This document shows, piece by piece, positions 1-12,616 of a DNA stretch of 64,000 nt. Origin of the DNA: Raillietiella orientalis (Eukaryota); assembly GCA_036172245.1 (NCBI GenBank), contig JAYWIR010000058.1, positions 620,001 to 684,000 of the forward strand. The letters are read 5' to 3'. The notes beneath the pieces are model-generated. The model was not told the DNA's origin. It saw nothing but the letters and a program-made list of their open reading frames with translations, and ran no database searches. A program made the translations under genes and the position numbers. Numbering within the stretch: position 1 is the stretch's first letter; every line of letters begins with the position of its first letter.

Positions 1-1526
1 TGCACCGAGCAGTCTCTTTGCTTCTCCGCTGTGTCTTCTTTCCCTGTTGGCGAGTGTGTGGCCGATCCTTGTTGACGAAAGTGAGGAGGGAAGGTCGCGG
101 CTATGTTGCGGCTGCTCGAGTTGGCAGCATCTCCAGCCGGACTGTGGACAGGAGAAACGGAAACCTCCGACCCTCCGCTTTTGCCGCCGCTGGGGCGTCG
201 GATGGCCGGATCTCAGGGCTGCCGCTCACGTTCCTAGGAAGGGTGGAGTTAGCTTGCAACAGAGTCATGTGATCACCAGCTTGCCTGTTCCAGGTGCAAC
301 AGAAAAACTGGGATGATTAAGACGAGCGCTTTTCCATCCACAGGAAGCTCCCATGCGAGGAGCGGTTGGAATTCACAAATCAATATTTGCTGGCTGCTCC
401 TTACAGAAAAAGAAAACAAAGCGATGGCAAGAAATGAGGCAAAAATAAACACGGGAGGCATGCTAAAAAAGAGAAGAAGAAGAAAGAAGAAATCTTTGGA
501 GTGTTGGTGGAACCACTAATTTTTCTTATTCAAACACGAACATCTGCAGCAGGGAGAGAAAACGAGAACGAATCTCCACTTCGAAAGGCAAAAAAAGAAA
601 AAGAAAAGGAAAGAAAAAAAATTGAATGTGACCACCCGCCACTACGGTGAGACGAGAGGAAAATGCACCGTTCGCTCTGTGGAGTGGAAACCAAGGATCT
701 CAGCAGTCCTCTGGAGGATTTTGACCACGGCAGCGATGCATGATGATGCTCAAGCAGAGCGGATTAGTCAATGGGGATGACCATCTCAAGATTCCAGCTT
801 TCCTATTCTCAGGGATGTTCATTTTCCAAGCCAGCACAAGTCTCTCTCTCCGGACCGGACCATCACTGAGGCGGGGCCTTTTTTGCCCTCCCTCGTCCGT
901 CAGCCAAAGTTGAGGAAGAGACAGGGTGTGCCCACTGAGACTCTGTGAACTTGGCGACGGGCGTGTGGACCCACGAAGCCTCCGCTCGCCGTCTAGACGG
1001 ACTCTCTGCTCCTCTGCTTTTCCGCGTGTCGACCTGAGAAAAGTAAACAGGAGACAGGAGAACCGTTTCCCGTGAATTCCTTTCTCGGCGTCGCTGGTCG
1101 AGTGACGGGACTCGCTGCAAGATCACCTTGGACTCCTGGCTCCTCTTGGTAGAGGCTCATCTTCGGATCTTGCAGATGCCAGTTGCGGCAGGAAAGGGCG
1201 GATCGCTCCTTCGTGAGAAGAAACAAAGAAGAAAAAACGGCGGCTGTCAACAACCCCACCCACCTGGCACCTCTATGAGCAACCCGGTGCAAAACATGTT
1301 TGCGTCTCCAGAGCTTTTCCTGGGAAACTGGAAAACAGATGGAAGGTGCGGACATAGAAACAGCGATGTCGTTTGGGAGAGAAGCAGAGAGAGTGGGAGG
1401 TGCATCTTTGCGAAGAGAGAGGAGACATCCCTCGTGTGAAGTCCATGAGCGGCGTCCACTCTCAAGGCCGGAGAGGACCGGAGTGCAGCCAACATCTTCA
1501 GGAGGTGCCTCACGAGCTGCTTTTCC

Positions 1527-1550
1527 CTCTCTCTCTCTCTCTCTTTCTCT
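1527..1550. repeat. (CT)n microsatellite
   Basis: Run ctctctctctctctctct ttctct is seen directly. Confidence 0.85.
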
Positions 1551-1699
1551 CCCTCCTTCAGCTGCGATTTTCCCAGAGGAGCTAGACCACCGACCACTTC
1601 TGCATCAGCGCTTGCGGCAGATTCCCGGGTTGCCGTCGAGCGGACTACCCGAATGGCCATCTCATCCCTACCCTTCCTCTGTTCCTTCTCCGCCCTTCG

Positions 1700-2300
1700 A
1701 CTGAGGAGTTCACGCAAGTGAATTCGGGCACCATTTCCAGCTTTCCTGGCTCTTGGGATGAGCAGAGTAGAGGCTTCAGCGCCGACGAGCTGCTTCCGGG
1801 ATCCTCCCGGAAACAAAGAATAAGACGGAGGCGGGGAAAAAGATATTCGAGATGTCCTTCGAAGAAGGCATCCCTAGACGAGTGGGATGCCCCCCCCTCT
1901 CGGAGCTCTCTCGGAGCTCTCCCGGCAGTATGCTCCTCCAGCGACCCTTCCCTCCCATCCTTCACTCTCTTTGGAGAACTGAGGCGGACGATCCCGGACC
2001 CGTTAGTTGTCACCAGAGAGTCTCTTGGAAGATTCTGATCTCCTGCTTGGTACTCAGAAGACCCCATCTCCTTCAAAATTCTGAGGCTCGGATGCTGCTG
2101 TCGCTCCGGACCAATCATTCCGCTGAGAAAACGCTGTGCTCCTGAAGAATGGTGGGAAGGATGAAATCAGAAAGCAAGGAAAGTATAGTGTGTGCGCGCT
2201 TCGACGTTGCGGAATGGTGAGCCAGAAGACCGGAAGAGGGAGTCTTCCCGCACGTTGTCTTTGGTCCGGATTCATCACTACCCGATGGTCTTTACTCGCT
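1700..2300 (+). mobile_element. Highly decayed non-LTR (LINE) reverse-transcriptase remnant
   Basis: Degenerate RT-like motifs in the expected order across frames: GIPRRVGCPPLS (cf. RGVRQGCPLS), WRTEADD (cf. YADD), KYSV (cf. KYLG). Boundaries are approximate. Confidence 0.35.
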
Positions 2301-5300
2301 CGGCTTCGCCGGCAATAAATTGGAGTTGGGAAACGGTGGCGGGGAACTTTCCCCTCTCTTTCGTGTCTGAAATACTCGCAGGCTCAAGTGTTGAAACAGA
2401 CGAGGAGGGGGGGGGGCGTTGGCTGCGGTGACGGCAGAGCGCGCGCAAGAGCCTCCCATCCGACTTGCTCAGTTCATTCTCCCTACGAGCACTCCCTCTC
2501 GGAAAACTGGGCGATGGGGACTGAGGAAGCGAGTGGAAGCTGGGGAGACCTTTCATCCCGCAGATGCATCCTCTCACACTCCGAGACCGAGAGGACAGAG
2601 CAGATCACCGATTTCCTTTCCCTTTCTTTCTTGTCCCGGAGAGAGAGAGAAGCGAGAGGAGACCTTTTGGGAAAGAGACTGTGACCTCTTGGGAGCGGAG
2701 GGAAAGGCACATAGCATACGCACGCTTCTGCGCGAAGTAGTAGGGAGGAGGGGGGGAGCGAAGAGCGCTCGTCTCCAACTTCGTCCTCCCTCCTGAGGGA
2801 ACGACGGCTTACAAGGAAGGTCCTGGAGACTCCCGCGCATCGCCCGGCAAGGGTCCCTTTCTCTGGCCCTCTCGGAGGCCGCCCCTGCGAGCGTCCAGAG
2901 CTTCATTCAGTTACAGAGCGTTGAAGAGCGGACGTTGTTCTCTCCGTGCGAAGGATGTCAGAGAGACCCACAGGGCGCGACGGAAGCCGTGGAGACGGAC
3001 TGTGAGGGACGAGAAGGAAGAATTTCCTGACTTTCTTTCCCTCGTCCCCTCAACCTCCCGTCCCACCCGTTCCTTGAGAGTCCGATGCTGGGTCAGAGAG
3101 AGGCACTCCTCAGAAGACCATCTCCACCCACCCCTCTTTCTCCACCACCTGCGCGCGTCGGAAAGGAGAGGCAGCGATTGTGTGGAGGCAGGCCAATGGA
3201 GTTTGGGCAGGGTGAAGCCAGCATCCATCCACTTCCACTGGACTGTTGCGTCTCTTTCCTGCTCCTCTCGGTGTTTCTGAGAGAAAGAAGGGTACAAGAA
3301 GAGGAAGAAGGAGAATCCTCACCCAAGGGCGCGTCTTCCTTCCTCTGCTGTCTCCTGTCTGCTCCCCGTCAGTTTGGAAGAGAAGCGGAGAGGTTCCGAC
3401 CCCAAACGCGGAGAGGCACCCGAGGTCGAAGGCAGCAGGGAAAAAGGGAACGCCCATCTGCATCTCTCACCCCTCCTCTCCCTAATTCCTTGATCTTAGA
3501 AACCTCCAGTCATCCCAGGCTGGGGAGAACAATCGCGCGAGACCCTGCGACCACGAGCATCCCCTCTGGGTGATCCCTGGAATATGCGTGCAGCCCCCGA
3601 GGCTTCCCCTCGGCTCCGCTACCGTGCCAAATTCAAAGGATCCGCCTACAAACTCTTCTGGTCTTCGGGAGAAATGGAGAGGAGAGGGAGGAAGAGCAGT
3701 GATCTTATCCTGGAGACTCCAAATCCAGGGCGAGAGCCCACACGTCCCCACGAGATAAGAGGGAGGAGGACGTTCCTCCTCTTTCTTTTCCACTTCTCCT
3801 CAAGATCTTGGGAGCACCTGAGCTTGGAACTCCACTTCACCCTCTAGACCGACCTTCGTTATCCCAGTCGAACGCTTTCAGCTCCTCTTCCCCCTCAGTT
3901 CCACTGGGGACAGCTTCCACCGCGCAGAGTCCATCTCAGTGGACTGGCGGGGCGAATCTCTGCGCTGTCCTACCCAATCCTTCCAGATGTCCAGTACACT
4001 CTCCCTTCTCTACGTTCGACTCCCAAGGAGAAGAGGAAAGAGACCCCCGAGCGGGAGCAAGCAGGGAAGCGAAGTGGAGGGACAGGACCATCCCGCTTGC
4101 CGGCCCCGCAGGCGAACGACCGTGCGCGCTCACTTGACTCGTGCCCTTGTCCTCCTCCCTCCTGCTTTCCAGAGTGAGGGAGCTGGCTCACACACTTCCG
4201 TGGAAAGATTCAGACCACCTATCCTATTCCCCACTTAGTTTTTTTTGTCTTTGCTTTCTTCTTTTCTCTGGCGAGGCCGCACTGCTTGGCGCCTCTCCAG
4301 AGCTTGGAGACAGCGGCTGTAGGTCTCTCGCAGTGAATTCCAGGAGTCCCTGGTATAGAAGGGTTCCTGACGAAGTGGAAGGGTTCCCGGAAGGTTAACC
4401 CGGAGGAGACTGTTTCAAGGAGGAAAAAGGGGGCCAAGAAGGGATCGTGGGTGGCGAGTAGGTATCCAAGAAGACCGATGACGAAGAGCGAGATCCTCGG
4501 AAAGGCAAACGCAGCGCCTTTCCGAGAATCTCGCTCTTCTTGGGGAAGGCTAGAGGTAACCCTCCTCTCGTTCATGGAGTATGAGGTAGGCCTGGATTCT
4601 GCCCTAGTGAGGCCGATCCTCCCTGACAGGAACGCACAAGGGAACGGCATGCCGGCCTGCTCTAGGAGGTGGAAAGACCAGGGGAGAGGAGGGCTCGTCG
4701 CAATAGGATAAGTGGATGCAGGAGTAAGGAGACAGGAGAAGGAAGGAAGAGGCATCTGTGGAAATGCAGGAATCAGGATCCCGGCATATCTTCCCGGAGA
4801 GGCGACGAGAGAGCGCTCGTTCAAGCTCCTGGGGCACGCGAGCTTGAGATGCTAGCGCCGACAGTGGCCGTCTGGATGACAACTGCCTAGTAAAATCTAT
4901 CGAAGGCTTACATCTCGGCAGGTCTGCTCACGAAGAGGAGGGTGAGGGTAGACTCTTGGTCTTCAGAAGCGGCACAACGCCTGAAGCGTCGGGAGAAGTG
5001 GGTAGTCTGAGAACGGAAGGAGGACCCTCACAGCAGGCTCCCGAGCTTATGGTGCTTGGATCCCTCCATCCCCTCCTCTAATTCTTGTCTCTTCCCAGGA
5101 GTCAGAGGACTCGCCCAAACTCCTCCTCTTCCCCTTTCTGCTCCGCGACTTCTCCGCTAAAACCGAAACCGAACCTGCGCACCCGGAAGAGCTCACGGAG
5201 TAGCGGCGGATGCTGCAGTCTGGTCTAAAAATAACTCATGGGGAGCGACGGCACCTCTGGTCCCGTTTCGACGCACCTTCCTCGTACAGGGGTCCCTCGG

Positions 5301-6119
5301 AGTTTTTTTTTGGTTTTTTTCCTTTTCTTTTTCTTTTTTTCCCTCCCCTTTCTGGGTCGGCGCACGATCGCGACCGTAAATCAACTCCAGCTCTCCCCCT
5401 CCCCCCTTCTTGGCAGCCAAACCCGGATAGGAGCTCTCTTGAAAGCCCCGCTAGTCTGTGAACGGGAGGAGGGGGAGGGAGAGGCTTTCGGCTGGGCTTC
5501 GGACGAAACCCGAGCAATCATCTGATGCTGGCTGCCATTTCTCGATCCAAGCGCATCCATGGCAACGATGGGGAGTGTTCGGACTTCCCCCGTGGGAGGG
5601 AATACTGAGTGGATGGAGATCCGTCCAAGATCCCTCTTGAGGGCTCTCCGGGATTCGCTCCCAGCACCCCGGAATGAAGGAAGCGCTTCCTTGCCCGACT
5701 CGTGTTTTCTTCCATCCCTCTTTCACAAAAGTGAGAAAAATGAGAATAAGTTTAGGGTCTTGAGGGAAGAAACCGAATGAGATCCCCTCTCACCCCTCTG
5801 AAACCTCCTCTGTCAGATGGACGCAGGGCACATGCATCCGAACGCGGGAGGAGGCGGTGGCAGCCCGTCACAGGAGCTCTGCAAGGCAGGCAGAAGTATA
5901 CAGAAGGTCACGCCTGGGTCCTTTGCGAAGTCTCCAGGAGTGACCGTTGCATCGCTGCGGCTTGTTCTGAGTGAGGGCACCGCTTTCAAAAGAGCCGCTT
6001 CCTTCAAGGTGTCTCGACTACACCGCCACTTTCCCGGGTAGGGGGTATCTCCCCCAAAGGTCTACCCCCCTAGAAAAGAAGGCTCCTCCACAAGCTTCTC
6101 ATAGAGGCTGTCCTCATGA

Positions 6120-6820
6120 TTGGGGTTAGGGAGTTAGGAGCCACTGCTGCGGCTGCTACTCCTGTTATCGGAGCTTCTGCCACTGACACTGACACTGCCA
6201 GAGCTGTTTCCATAACTATGGGTGGAAGTAGGGGTGCGAGCAGCAGAACTAATAATAATGCCGATGGTATTACCAGTATTGCTATTGCAAAGAAGGATCA
6301 CTGTTATTCGTGAAGTGTTGTCTGAGGACAGTGTCCCTCTTATTGCTTTGTGATTACAGCCACTCCTACCTTCACTGTTGTGATTTGTTTCCTTATCACT
6401 TTGCTGTTCGGAGGGTGACTATGGCGCTGGCGATCATTATCTTCATTCTTCGGCAGATAAGAGTAATATAGAAAGGGCGTCTCAAACAGTACTAGTAAGC
6501 GGGAACTGCCACCGATACCACCTCCAGCAAGTGTCACCTCTGTTACTCATAATCTCATCACCATTCTCGTAGTCATTACTGGAATGATCGACGCTATCAC
6601 ATTACTTGAACTGCTCCCATCAGCATCACCAGCCACCACCAGTGCTGTCTTCATCACTAATTCGACCACCATCGTTACTCTGCTAATTATGGTTCTAGTA
6701 ACAACATAAACGTCACTACATCCCGCTTTTATACTCACTGCTTTGGCCACCATTACTATGGTTTTCGCGTTATGCTGCCACTACAGCTGCATCTGCACCA
6801 CGGCCACCGTCCTTTGCCAA
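6120..6820. repeat. Degenerate trinucleotide-periodic low-complexity tract (ACT/GCT/ATT/ACC-type)
   Basis: Period-3 tract (gccactgctgcggctgctact..., actaataataat, catcaccagccaccacc) with stops in all frames; translations are T/A/I/V-rich filler. Confidence 0.6.
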
Positions 6821-9299
6821 TCCCGTCGTTCCACTCATTCTCAGCCCGGAAGCCATGACAACCGTCTCCAAGAGCTCTTCGTAGTGATTCCGGGTCAGCG
6901 AGTCAGCGTGGCGTCCGCTTCAATAAGGATGCAGGCATGCTCGGGATGGGGAAGCCAAGAAGTCTGTCTGGACATCGGAGTCCCGCTCCTCCCCCGGAGG
7001 GATAAGAAGCTAAGGGAGAACGGTCCTCTTGGCGGCTACCGCCCAATTCCCTCTCAGGAACGTTCTCCCATCTCTCTCCTGCTGGATGGGGAGGTGGAGG
7101 AGCGCCGTGTGGTCAATCGGCGTTCGAAGAACGACCATTCCGTCGCCTGTTTGGATCGACCCCCGTCCTTCGCGCTAAGGAAGGATAATGGGGCACCAGG
7201 GAGCAGCGCAGCCTCCATCCGGCCTTTCCTGCCTAGGGAAGGGAGGGAAGAGTCTGTCGTCTGCCACCTCCGTTTTCTTCTCTCGTTCCTAAGAGATGCC
7301 TCCGCCCACGAGGAGCGGCATCTCTCCTGTCGGGGAGTCAATAGGAGGTCGGTTAGCTCACAGGTTTCTATGTTCCCCTTCCCCCTGTTCTCTGGGGTAT
7401 GTGGTCCTGCTTGCTTGCTCCTATAGTGCCTGTTGTGGTCTCTGCTCTCTTTCTCGCACCCACGGACTCAGTCCATCTTACCGCCTCTCTACACCTGGAG
7501 GAATACACGGCGAGTTGGTTTCCAGGTGAGGAACAAGACACGTGAGCCCTTTGTCCCACAGAGCAGGGATGTAAAAGCAAACTCATCCGCGATCCGATCC
7601 CGCGTCTACAATCACTCCTGGCGGCAGTTGCCATGGAGACAGGCAGCTCCTCTACTGCGCCCAACGCAGAGTGACCGCTGCATCTCAGAGGTGAGACATG
7701 ATGAACGGTCTCCTCCGCCTCTGCCGGGCTTCTGCAGGAGGAAAAAAGAAGGAACCACCTCGAAAGGTGACTGAAACAGATTCGGATCACACCCCTGCCC
7801 TGGTTTACACGTTGTTAGGGAAAATCGTCCCCGAGCGCGCGCGCTCGCTATCCATGCGAACGGGCTGCTGCTGCTGCTTCCACGGCAGTCCAGCTCTCTC
7901 AGAACCGCAAGTGAGTGAAGAAGCACCAAGCGTGCGTTTGCTGATGGAAGCCTCAGGGAAAGGAGTGGGTGGCGCTAGATACTCTCGAAGGGAGAGGAAG
8001 TACGTACGTGTGTCTTCGGAGAGCTCACTGTCTCCAGGAGTCTCCTTTCCTCCTCCACCTACTGCCTCTCGCATTCATTCCTTCCGTAGACGATGACCCC
8101 ACCTTTCATTCTCCCACGAGGCTAACCTTGCTCTCTCGCTCCTTTTCCTTCCTTCTTTCCTTCCCTTTTGTGACTGTTTCTTCGTGTCCCCCCTTCGCGG
8201 AGCTGTGGTCTCCTCGGAGACTTCAGAGATGCACGGGGAGAACGAGACGGAAGGGAGTTACCGCTGCTGCCTCCTGCCAAGGCCTCGGGCAGCAGACTGG
8301 CGCTCATGCGCACGCACTCCAGCCTCGCTGCTCTGGCACCTTCTCGCCACGGCGGCCATACGAGACGGCGGCGACCACGCCCTCACCGGGTGGCAGAGGG
8401 AAAAAACGCACGCCGCCTATACTCCCCCTCCCCCTCCTCTTTTTTTTTTTGTGTCATTTTCCCCCGCCTGCCACTGGTAGAGAGGACTTGCTGGCGACGA
8501 GAGACCTTCCGCGCAGCTGCTGCAGAAGGGGGTCCGCTGGGAGTTCTCTCGCGCTCAGCACGAGAATGGAGGGGAGGGAGGAGGGGAAAAGACAGATAAA
8601 AAATGGCGGCGGAAAGTGACAAAAAAAATACCGGCCTCGGCGAAACGTCCTTGAGTATGGTCAGGATGACGGCCTTCTTAACGATCCTCTTGGCGAAAGG
8701 GAGATGGCCACAGATTTCCAGCTAGAGCAAAAGTAAAAGTCCAGGTAGGAGGAGCTTTTCCCCTTCTTCCTTTTCCTGTCTTCCTCCTGCGAGTGGAGGT
8801 GGTGGTTGATGACTTAGCAGAGGCGGTGCCCGTTGTCTCGAGGAACAAGCACGGTGCATTCGTCGGTCATATGTTCAAGGGAGTGCTCCTCGCGCATGAG
8901 CAAGGCCATCCCTTCTCCCTTCGTAGGATACCTGGTCTTTATGGCAACGAGGGAGGTGCCTTCCTGTCCAGTCCTTCCGAGCCACTGCATTCTGCTTTTT
9001 TATTTTTCGTGCTTTTCCTCCCCCGACTTGTTCCCACACCGAGATTCCCATTCCTGCGCGATTCGCGTGGTCTTTTCGACGGGTTCCGTCGGAGGAGCAA
9101 CCCTCCGAGATGAATCTACCAGAGAAGAAGATCCAGGAGAGCATGCTCGGTCCCTGGCATGGAAAGGGCCAGGAACCATGAAGCCACCTTCCTCCCTACC
9201 AGCAAGCAGATGGCGAAACCATCACTAGTCTCCCTCTCTGACTTTCCAAAGCTCCTCTCCCGCCTGTCTGAAAAAAGGGAACAATCCCTTCAACCTTCT

Positions 9300-11500
9300 A
9301 GAGTTTGACCCATGCCCCGAGGCATCTTTCATCCACTGACCTCCATCAGCAAGCTGGCCTTAAATAATGCACTACCCCGACGTTCTGAGAAAACCGCGTC
9401 GAGGGGAAGAGACACACGGGGCAAGTCGGTTGCCTCGAGGATTGCCACTCATCCTGATAGAGGGGGAAGAGAAAAGGAGTGGAATCCTGAGGGGGCGTTC
9501 CCAGAAGAGAGGTCCCTCTCGAAATCTTGGCTGGCCTATGCCTTGGATTTTCGACGCAGAATCGTCCTCTCCGAAGACTCCGCAAGACTGGGGACAAAAC
9601 GAAGAGAACGCAAGTGGATTGCGGCTTTCTTTTGGGATGAGAGAAGACAGAGAACTTCGGAGTGGGGCTCCTCCTGGCATGTATTCCTCTGTCTCTTCTG
9701 ACACGGAGGAATGCGGTGCGAAACACAGCTGGCGGTCCACCATCTACTCTTCACCTCGCCCATTCGTGGATATGCTTCGTACACCAAGTGCTTCCTGAGA
9801 AGTTCCACAGGCAGCCGGAAAGAGACGATGAACTTCGCCGCTTCCCACCCACTGCAGGACTCTCTGCTTCTATACATGCAAGTGGGAGACTCCGGACCAC
9901 ACGAAGCGAGGGGATTCTTCCTGGTCGCCATAACGATTGGCTTCGTCACCGTCGAGATTATGAAGCAAGAATCGAGAGGGAGGGGAGAAATGTCCCACTG
10001 AAAGGAGGAGTGTGGGACAGGACTCCCCACCCGGAATAATCTCCGTAGTGCTGCAACATGCTCAAGGAGAATGGGTGCGTCGAAGAGGGCACTCCCTGAA
10101 GTGCTTTCCGGGAGCAGAACCCAGGAAACAGCCAGGGAGGCCCTCGAAAGAAGGGTGGCTGGTGGAAGTTCTTCCACCCTCCGGGTACGAGAACCTCCGG
10201 ATTGGATTGTTCCCATCCTTGTAATTCTTCCACACATTCAGTAGAGAGAGCGAGATACTTCAAAGCACCCATAAGCGGCAAGTGACGAGCACAGAGGATG
10301 AGATGTGCGTCCGTTCTTCCTTTCTTCCTCTCCTCTATGCATTAGGCCGAAGGCTCTGGCACCAGCCTCTCTCACTTGTGTATCCAGGAGACGGACGGGC
10401 AGAGCACCTCGTTCTTTCCCCAAGATTCGTTTCCTCGCCTCTCTGCCCCTCCTGTTATGAAGGTCCCTCTAGGAAAACGAGATACCCCTCACGGAATCTT
10501 TGCTCCGGTTCTCATGCTTGCACATTGGAAGGGACCACCTGGTTCCTTCTGCTGACCTGGCACGGTTCTGCTGACCAGTCGGAGGTGGATCCGACTCTCC
10601 CGATATTTAAAGCAGTCCGACTAGGCTTTTCTCGAACGTATCGATTTTCTCTCAGACAAATACCGACAAAAATGGAATGAGGTGGCATCTCTGGTGTGTT
10701 TTCGACCTTGCTCACGTGCGCACCTGGATGGTCGCTTCTTCACGCACGTGCCGCTAATCCTTCTTGATGCAACCACCCCGACGAAGGAGGAGAAGAGTAG
10801 GAGGAGAAAAACGAAAGACTTTTACCTATTCCGGGAGGGCCGAACATCTATCGGGAATGATCCATCAGCATAGTTTCGAAGGTTCTCTCCGGAGCATTCT
10901 CGACCTTGGAGTCCTTTAACGAAAATGAGCAGATCGTGGAGGACTCATTTTGCTTACCCCTTCCTTCACCTGTGATGTACACTGTCTCCCTGGACCTCGC
11001 GCGTACAATAGACGTGCTTCGCACGCGAGCGCAGGCACCCAAGCCACAGCATGTAAGCATGCGTGAGTCTCACGTCTTCCGACTGGCGCACTAGGGACAT
11101 CTGCGCCCACAGCCTATTCTCTTTGCTCGCCAGAAGCCTCTCAAAAGTCTCTTCTCCTGAAGGAATCTTCTTCCTATACGATTCCTCTTATTGCGGACAG
11201 TTCTGCCACTATCGATCGCCATGCCTGTGACCTATGACCCAGTTCTTCGATTGCTGCTGGTTGACTTAGTAAAGGCGGAATACCGAGGGACACGTTCCGA
11301 GAATCTCCCTGGTATCTGCAATTGTGATTGAAGGAACGCTTGTTTTTAGGTAATCCATGTAAGAAGAGGGCTCCCACACCTTCCTCTTCCAGGAAAACCT
11401 TTGCTTCAAGGAAGGGAGGAGGACTGGAAACAACCCTTTGTACTCCCTCTTTCACCTGTCCCCAGGCCAGTTCACCTTCGGAGCAGCGTCCCTTTTCTCA
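9300..11500 (-). mobile_element. Decayed L1/Tx1-like LINE ORF2 remnant (RT to C-terminus)
   Basis: Minus-strand motifs in order: EELGHRSQAWRSIVAELSAIRGIV (11174-11455, cf. Q..GRSI.DN...IRDII), RDF*EAS (cf. DFEKAFD), GRGKQNESS (cf. RGVRQGCPLS), NYADG at 10861-10875 (cf. YADD), then a C...EETEEY C-terminal region near 9.7 kb. Many frameshifts. Confidence 0.45.
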
Positions 11501-12616
11501 AGTCCTTCTCAGAAACCCAGGCGACTCACTTCTTTTAGAGAGAAAGAGATACATAGGACGTGGAGAAGGCGGGTGAAGCCCACATTTGAAATGGGTGGAC
11601 TCTTCCCGCTCCTCCAGGGAAGCCATTAGATTCTCCCTCCTACAGAGTCCGATATCCCTCGATGTCTGTGCGTGGAACGACGGAAAACGCCGTTATAGGT
11701 CCTTCCAAGACTTGGCGAGGAGTGTAGGGCAGGAATTTCAAGAACGAACGCGGATAATCGCGATAAGGACCCTCCAGGAACGACACGAGAAACCCTCTCG
11801 ACTGGCAACAAACGTCCCGGGGAGCTTCCTCAGGAAGTTCCCAGGAGTCACCTCCTAGCGGCATCTTCTCGGGGGATACCGAGCTTCCTTCTCGGCACTC
11901 GTTTCCCTCTTCCCGCCTTCCTCTCGCCCTCTGGAAGGGGTTGTGGGGTGTCCCAGCGCGCTTGGCTCTTCGGCTGCCCCGACTGCGGAACTCGGGGCAT
12001 CGCCCGGAGCTCCACAGAGCAAGGGCGTCTCTAGGGAAGGGAAATCGCAAGCGAGTCGTGTCATTCTCTAAGGAGGAAAGATGGAAAAGTGGGGAAATAG
12101 AAGAGGGAGGCAAGGGAGGAGAGATGATGGGAGAAAGAAGATTCACATGCTCAAAGGATGCTCTCCTGCTTCCAGCGGCTCCCGGACGCGTGGGAGGACC
12201 AATGGACACCAACATGAAGTCAACCCTGAGATCCAGGAGAATCCACTGGAAGAGGCGGGTCCAGTAGCCATCTGGTTTCTTCCTTTCCCACTCGTTTCCC
12301 GCTCTCACCTTCACCTGTCCGTTCTCCACCGCCTTCGCTCTCCTGCAGCAGTAACAGCAGCAGTCTTGTCCCTGATCCTGTCCACTCTCTCAAGTGCTCT
12401 CTCAATCCTTTATTCCTGACCCTTCCTCTTGCACCTTCTCCGTACCCATTCTCTCCCACCCTCTGCAGGAGAAGAAAAAATGGCTCTACCCTCTCCCTCT
12501 AAAGAGGAAGGAGCCGTCCTCCCCCGCGCATAAGTTGAGACGAAGGACCAGCTCCCCAGAGCACTCCACGCCCTTCCCTTTCAGATCCTCAAGCAGTGCC
12601 AACAATCAAGACAAGA

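Noticed and set aside
9790..9885. TMNFAASHPLQD resembles the semaphorin NF...HPLMD motif
   Set aside because: No PRPG.C upstream, no other Sema exons, and the opposite strand is better explained as a LINE ORF2 remnant.
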